From a virus (Duplodnaviria > Heunggongvirae > Uroviricota > Caudoviricetes): a stretch of 64,000 nucleotides of DNA. The position numbers and the translations under genes were made by a program. Numbering within the stretch: the first letter of the stretch is position 1; the number at the start of each line of letters is the position of its first letter. The stretch is taken from IMG/VR virus record IMGVR_UViG_3300032007_000003, positions 120,029 through 184,028 of that record; one strand, 5' to 3'. A model generated the notes under the pieces. That model made no database searches. It was not told the DNA's origin and saw only the letters and a list, made by a program, of their open reading frames with translations. This document shows positions 61,531 through 64,000 of this stretch, in pieces.

Positions 61531-64000
61531 ATGGAAAAATCATATAGAATACATACAAATATATCTAGTGACACAGTTCTCAATGTCAATATGAAACAAG
61601 ATTTTAATTTCCTTGAAGTCTTGTCATTGAAACTTGCACAGAAGGATGCTTATAAAATACATTCTTCCAACTATGGTGTTATAGTTGGAAGAATTCTTGC
61701 TAATGATGCGTTTGGTATTCCAAATGCAAAAGTATCTGTGTTTATTGAGAGGGATAACACAGATACTACCGAACTTGAGAATATATATCCATACACAAAC
61801 GTATCATCAAAGGATAGAAACAACATTAGATATAATTTGTTACCAGATTATAGTGATGATGAGTGTTATAGAATTGTTGGAACATTTCCTAGTAAAAGAC
61901 TTTTATTGGATGATGATACATATCTTGAGGTTTATGAAAAATATTGGAAATACACAACAGTCACAAATAAAGCTGGTGACTACATGATATTTGGTGTACC
62001 TACTGGTTCACAGCAAGTTCATACTGATATAGACCTTTCAGATATTGGAATATTGTCACAGAAACCACGTGACTTTATCTATAAAGGTTATAATATTACT
62101 GAGTTTGATAATGCAAACCAATTCAAGGAAAGTACCAATCTTGATAATTTAAGACAAATTATCTCACAAGATAAAAGTGTATTTGTTTATCCATTTTGGG
62201 GTGATATAAATAACGGTATTGCAGCAATTACAAGATGCGATATACAAGTTGATTATAAATTTGAGCCAACTTGTATATTTATGGGTTCAATTGTTTCTGA
62301 TAATGATGCTAATGCAATTGGTCATAAATGTGCTCCAGATGAGGAAAATGGAATGAATAGACAATTAGTCGCTGGTGAAGGTACTATTGAAATGATTCGT
62401 AAAACAGTTGATGGACTAGTTGAAGAATATCAAATACAAGGAAATAGACTTATAGATAGTGATGGAGTTTGGTGTTACCAGATACCTATGAACCTTGACT
62501 ATATAGGAACTGACGAATATGGTAATATTGTACCAACAGATAACCCAAATAAGGGTATACCAACAAGAACACAAGTTAGATTCAGATTCAGTAAGACAGA
62601 AACAGGAGAGGAAGGTACGTCTAGACATACTGCAAAATATCTAGTACCAATGAACCCATTATTGAAGGAAGATAAAGTGGGCAGTACAATACCTCAATCC
62701 CAAGTAAGCGGTCTTGACTTTGAGAAACTTTATAATTTTGGTTCAAACACACCACAGAGCTGTTTCCGTGACCTTTATTGGAACAATGTATATAGTGTTA
62801 AAAACTATATACCAAAGGTACAAGTTGCACACAGAGCTTATTCGGAAAACTATGGTGCGTTAAAGGGTGGCAATATTGTAGATGACCAAAACTCAGTACC
62901 ATTCAATAGTATACATATTGATATACCTTTTATGTATATGATTGTATGCATACTATTTACAATCGTAATGGCTATTATAATTGTAATTAACACCATTATT
63001 TGTATTGTTGATAGTATTATTAATATATTTTATCAAATAAAGCATGTATCAATTCTTGGTATTGAACCATTTAGTTGGTTACCTGTACCTCCATTTATTC
63101 CGTGTCTTGCCCTATCTCCAGGTTTAGCTGAAGGAAACACACTCTATCTTCCAGGATGCGACTGCTCTAGGGGTAGAGATGCACATGATTGTCCTGATGA
63201 TATGCCAAATTGTAGAAAGAGTGATAATTCAGGAGAATTGTTAAATAAGGTACAACAGAATCTTGCATTGAAATATGATGTTATTAAATTAGACTTACAT
63301 CAAGATTGGATTAATGGTTGCCTTTATATGCCTTTATGGTATTGGAGAAAAACTAAGAAGAGGACTTTCTTATTTGGTTTATTCTCTAGCAGCGCTAAAA
63401 ATGAATTCTGTGACTGTGATAAAAGATATAGTAGACTAAAGACATATGTCACTTGCGATATACCATATAACGATGAAAGTATGGAAATTGATGCTAGAAC
63501 ATATAAGGATGGTTCTAAAGACAAATGGCATAAGAAGGAATCAAAACAAGTAAGATATCAAAATGGTCTTATAAAAGGTGTTAAAAACAAAGATGGTCTT
63601 ACTGCGTATTATTACGTTGCTATGCAACCTATTGATGAAGGCGAATATGAATTAATTACCAATCGTAAAGAAGGATTTAGAGCAATAAGACTATATGCCA
63701 CAGATATTATATTGTTAGGAAATATAAACGAGAATAATTTATATGGTATTCCGCAACTATTCAAGGTGTTACCATCAACTACAGCCAACATTCCTCCTAT
63801 TGCATCAATAGAAGAGTCGCAAAATGAAGATGAAGAAGGAAAGGTGCCAGAATATGATGTAACTGAACGTGCTGATGCTGGTACTACAGTTATCACTGGT
63901 ATGGATTGGGAAGACGATGCGGATGAAGAATCGCCTAACTATAGAAGCGGTTTGTTCCTAGAGCTTGCATGCACCTATGCAGAAACAAGACTAAAGTCTT
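61531..64000 (+). CDS. Large baseplate/tail-associated structural protein, partial (runs off window end; absent from the ORF track)
   Basis: ATG at 61531 (MEKSYRIHTNIS...NYGVIVGRILANDAFGIPNAKVSVF...TNKAGDYMIFGVPTG); reads as coding through 64000; internal hydrophobic segment near 62920-63030. Confidence 0.75.
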   Translation, partial: MEKSYRIHTNISSDTVLNVNMKQDFNFLEVLSLKLAQKDAYKIHSSNYGVIVGRILANDAFGIPNAKVSVFIERDNTDTTELENIYPYTNVSSKDRNNIRYNLLPDYSDDECYRIVGTFPSKRLLLDDDTYLEVYEKYWKYTTVTNKAGDYMIFGVPTGSQQVHTDIDLSDIGILSQKPRDFIYKGYNITEFDNANQFKESTNLDNLRQIISQDKSVFVYPFWGDINNGIAAITRCDIQVDYKFEPTCIFMGSIVSDNDANAIGHKCAPDEENGMNRQLVAGEGTIEMIRKTVDGLVEEYQIQGNRLIDSDGVWCYQIPMNLDYIGTDEYGNIVPTDNPNKGIPTRTQVRFRFSKTETGEEGTSRHTAKYLVPMNPLLKEDKVGSTIPQSQVSGLDFEKLYNFGSNTPQSCFRDLYWNNVYSVKNYIPKVQVAHRAYSENYGALKGGNIVDDQNSVPFNSIHIDIPFMYMIVCILFTIVMAIIIVINTIICIVDSIINIFYQIKHVSILGIEPFSWLPVPPFIPCLALSPGLAEGNTLYLPGCDCSRGRDAHDCPDDMPNCRKSDNSGELLNKVQQNLALKYDVIKLDLHQDWINGCLYMPLWYWRKTKKRTFLFGLFSSSAKNEFCDCDKRYSRLKTYVTCDIPYNDESMEIDARTYKDGSKDKWHKKESKQVRYQNGLIKGVKNKDGLTAYYYVAMQPIDEGEYELITNRKEGFRAIRLYATDIILLGNINENNLYGIPQLFKVLPSTTANIPPIASIEESQNEDEEGKVPEYDVTERADAGTTVITGMDWEDDADEESPNYRSGLFLELACTYAETRLKS

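Noticed and set aside
61685-63896. Short ORFs listed near the window end
   Set aside because: They lie within the long plus-strand ORF from 61531, which the track omits because it has no stop inside the window
1-64000. Stop-codon reassignment (TAG to Gln as in Lak phages, or TGA recoding)
   Set aside because: Long genes are intact in the standard code. TAG ends plausible genes (29965, 43587, 44071) and TGA ends others. No suppressor tRNA was seen.
1-64000. Prophage or bacterial chromosome origin, suggested by clpP, rmlC, sigma-70 and nrdDG
   Set aside because: No integrase or housekeeping operons; the host-like genes are interspersed with T4-like virion and replication genes under the same phage motifs

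Overview
A 64-kb segment of a large (jumbo-type) AT-rich lytic myophage, distantly T4-like, read in the standard genetic code. The host is most likely an anaerobic Bacteroidetes (Prevotella/Bacteroides-like). Two lines of evidence support this: at least 13 copies of the Bacteroidetes primary-sigma promoter TTTG-N19/20-TAnnTTT(G/A)C, and a class III ribonucleotide reductase. Virion genes include two repeat-rich fibre proteins (one with a Fibrobacter succinogenes major paralogous domain), a neck protein, and baseplate gp25 and gp6. Lysis genes are a GH108 endolysin plus holin and spanin candidates. Replication and recombination genes are primase, DnaB/gp41 helicase, 5'-3' exonuclease, RuvC and Rad50/gp46. 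Also present are a sigma-70 factor, NrdD/FTR-like/NrdG, ClpP, RmlC, a glycosyltransferase, Mom-like and Gp88-like proteins, four free-standing homing endonucleases and four tRNAs. Most notable: (1) a dispersed family of unrelated late proteins sharing an 'IIRLTExDLHxxVxExV' tag, a candidate capsid-targeting and protease-processing signal; (2) a phage-specific TATTTAT(A) late-promoter class; (3) repeated terminator-promoter fusion cassettes heading accessory genes; (4) a tRNA-Leu(AAG) and a tRNA with a Gln anticodon on a long-variable-arm body; (5) an NrdD-ferredoxin:disulfide reductase-NrdG module; (6) apparent GATC avoidance. All family assignments come from motif recognition by eye; no searches were run.
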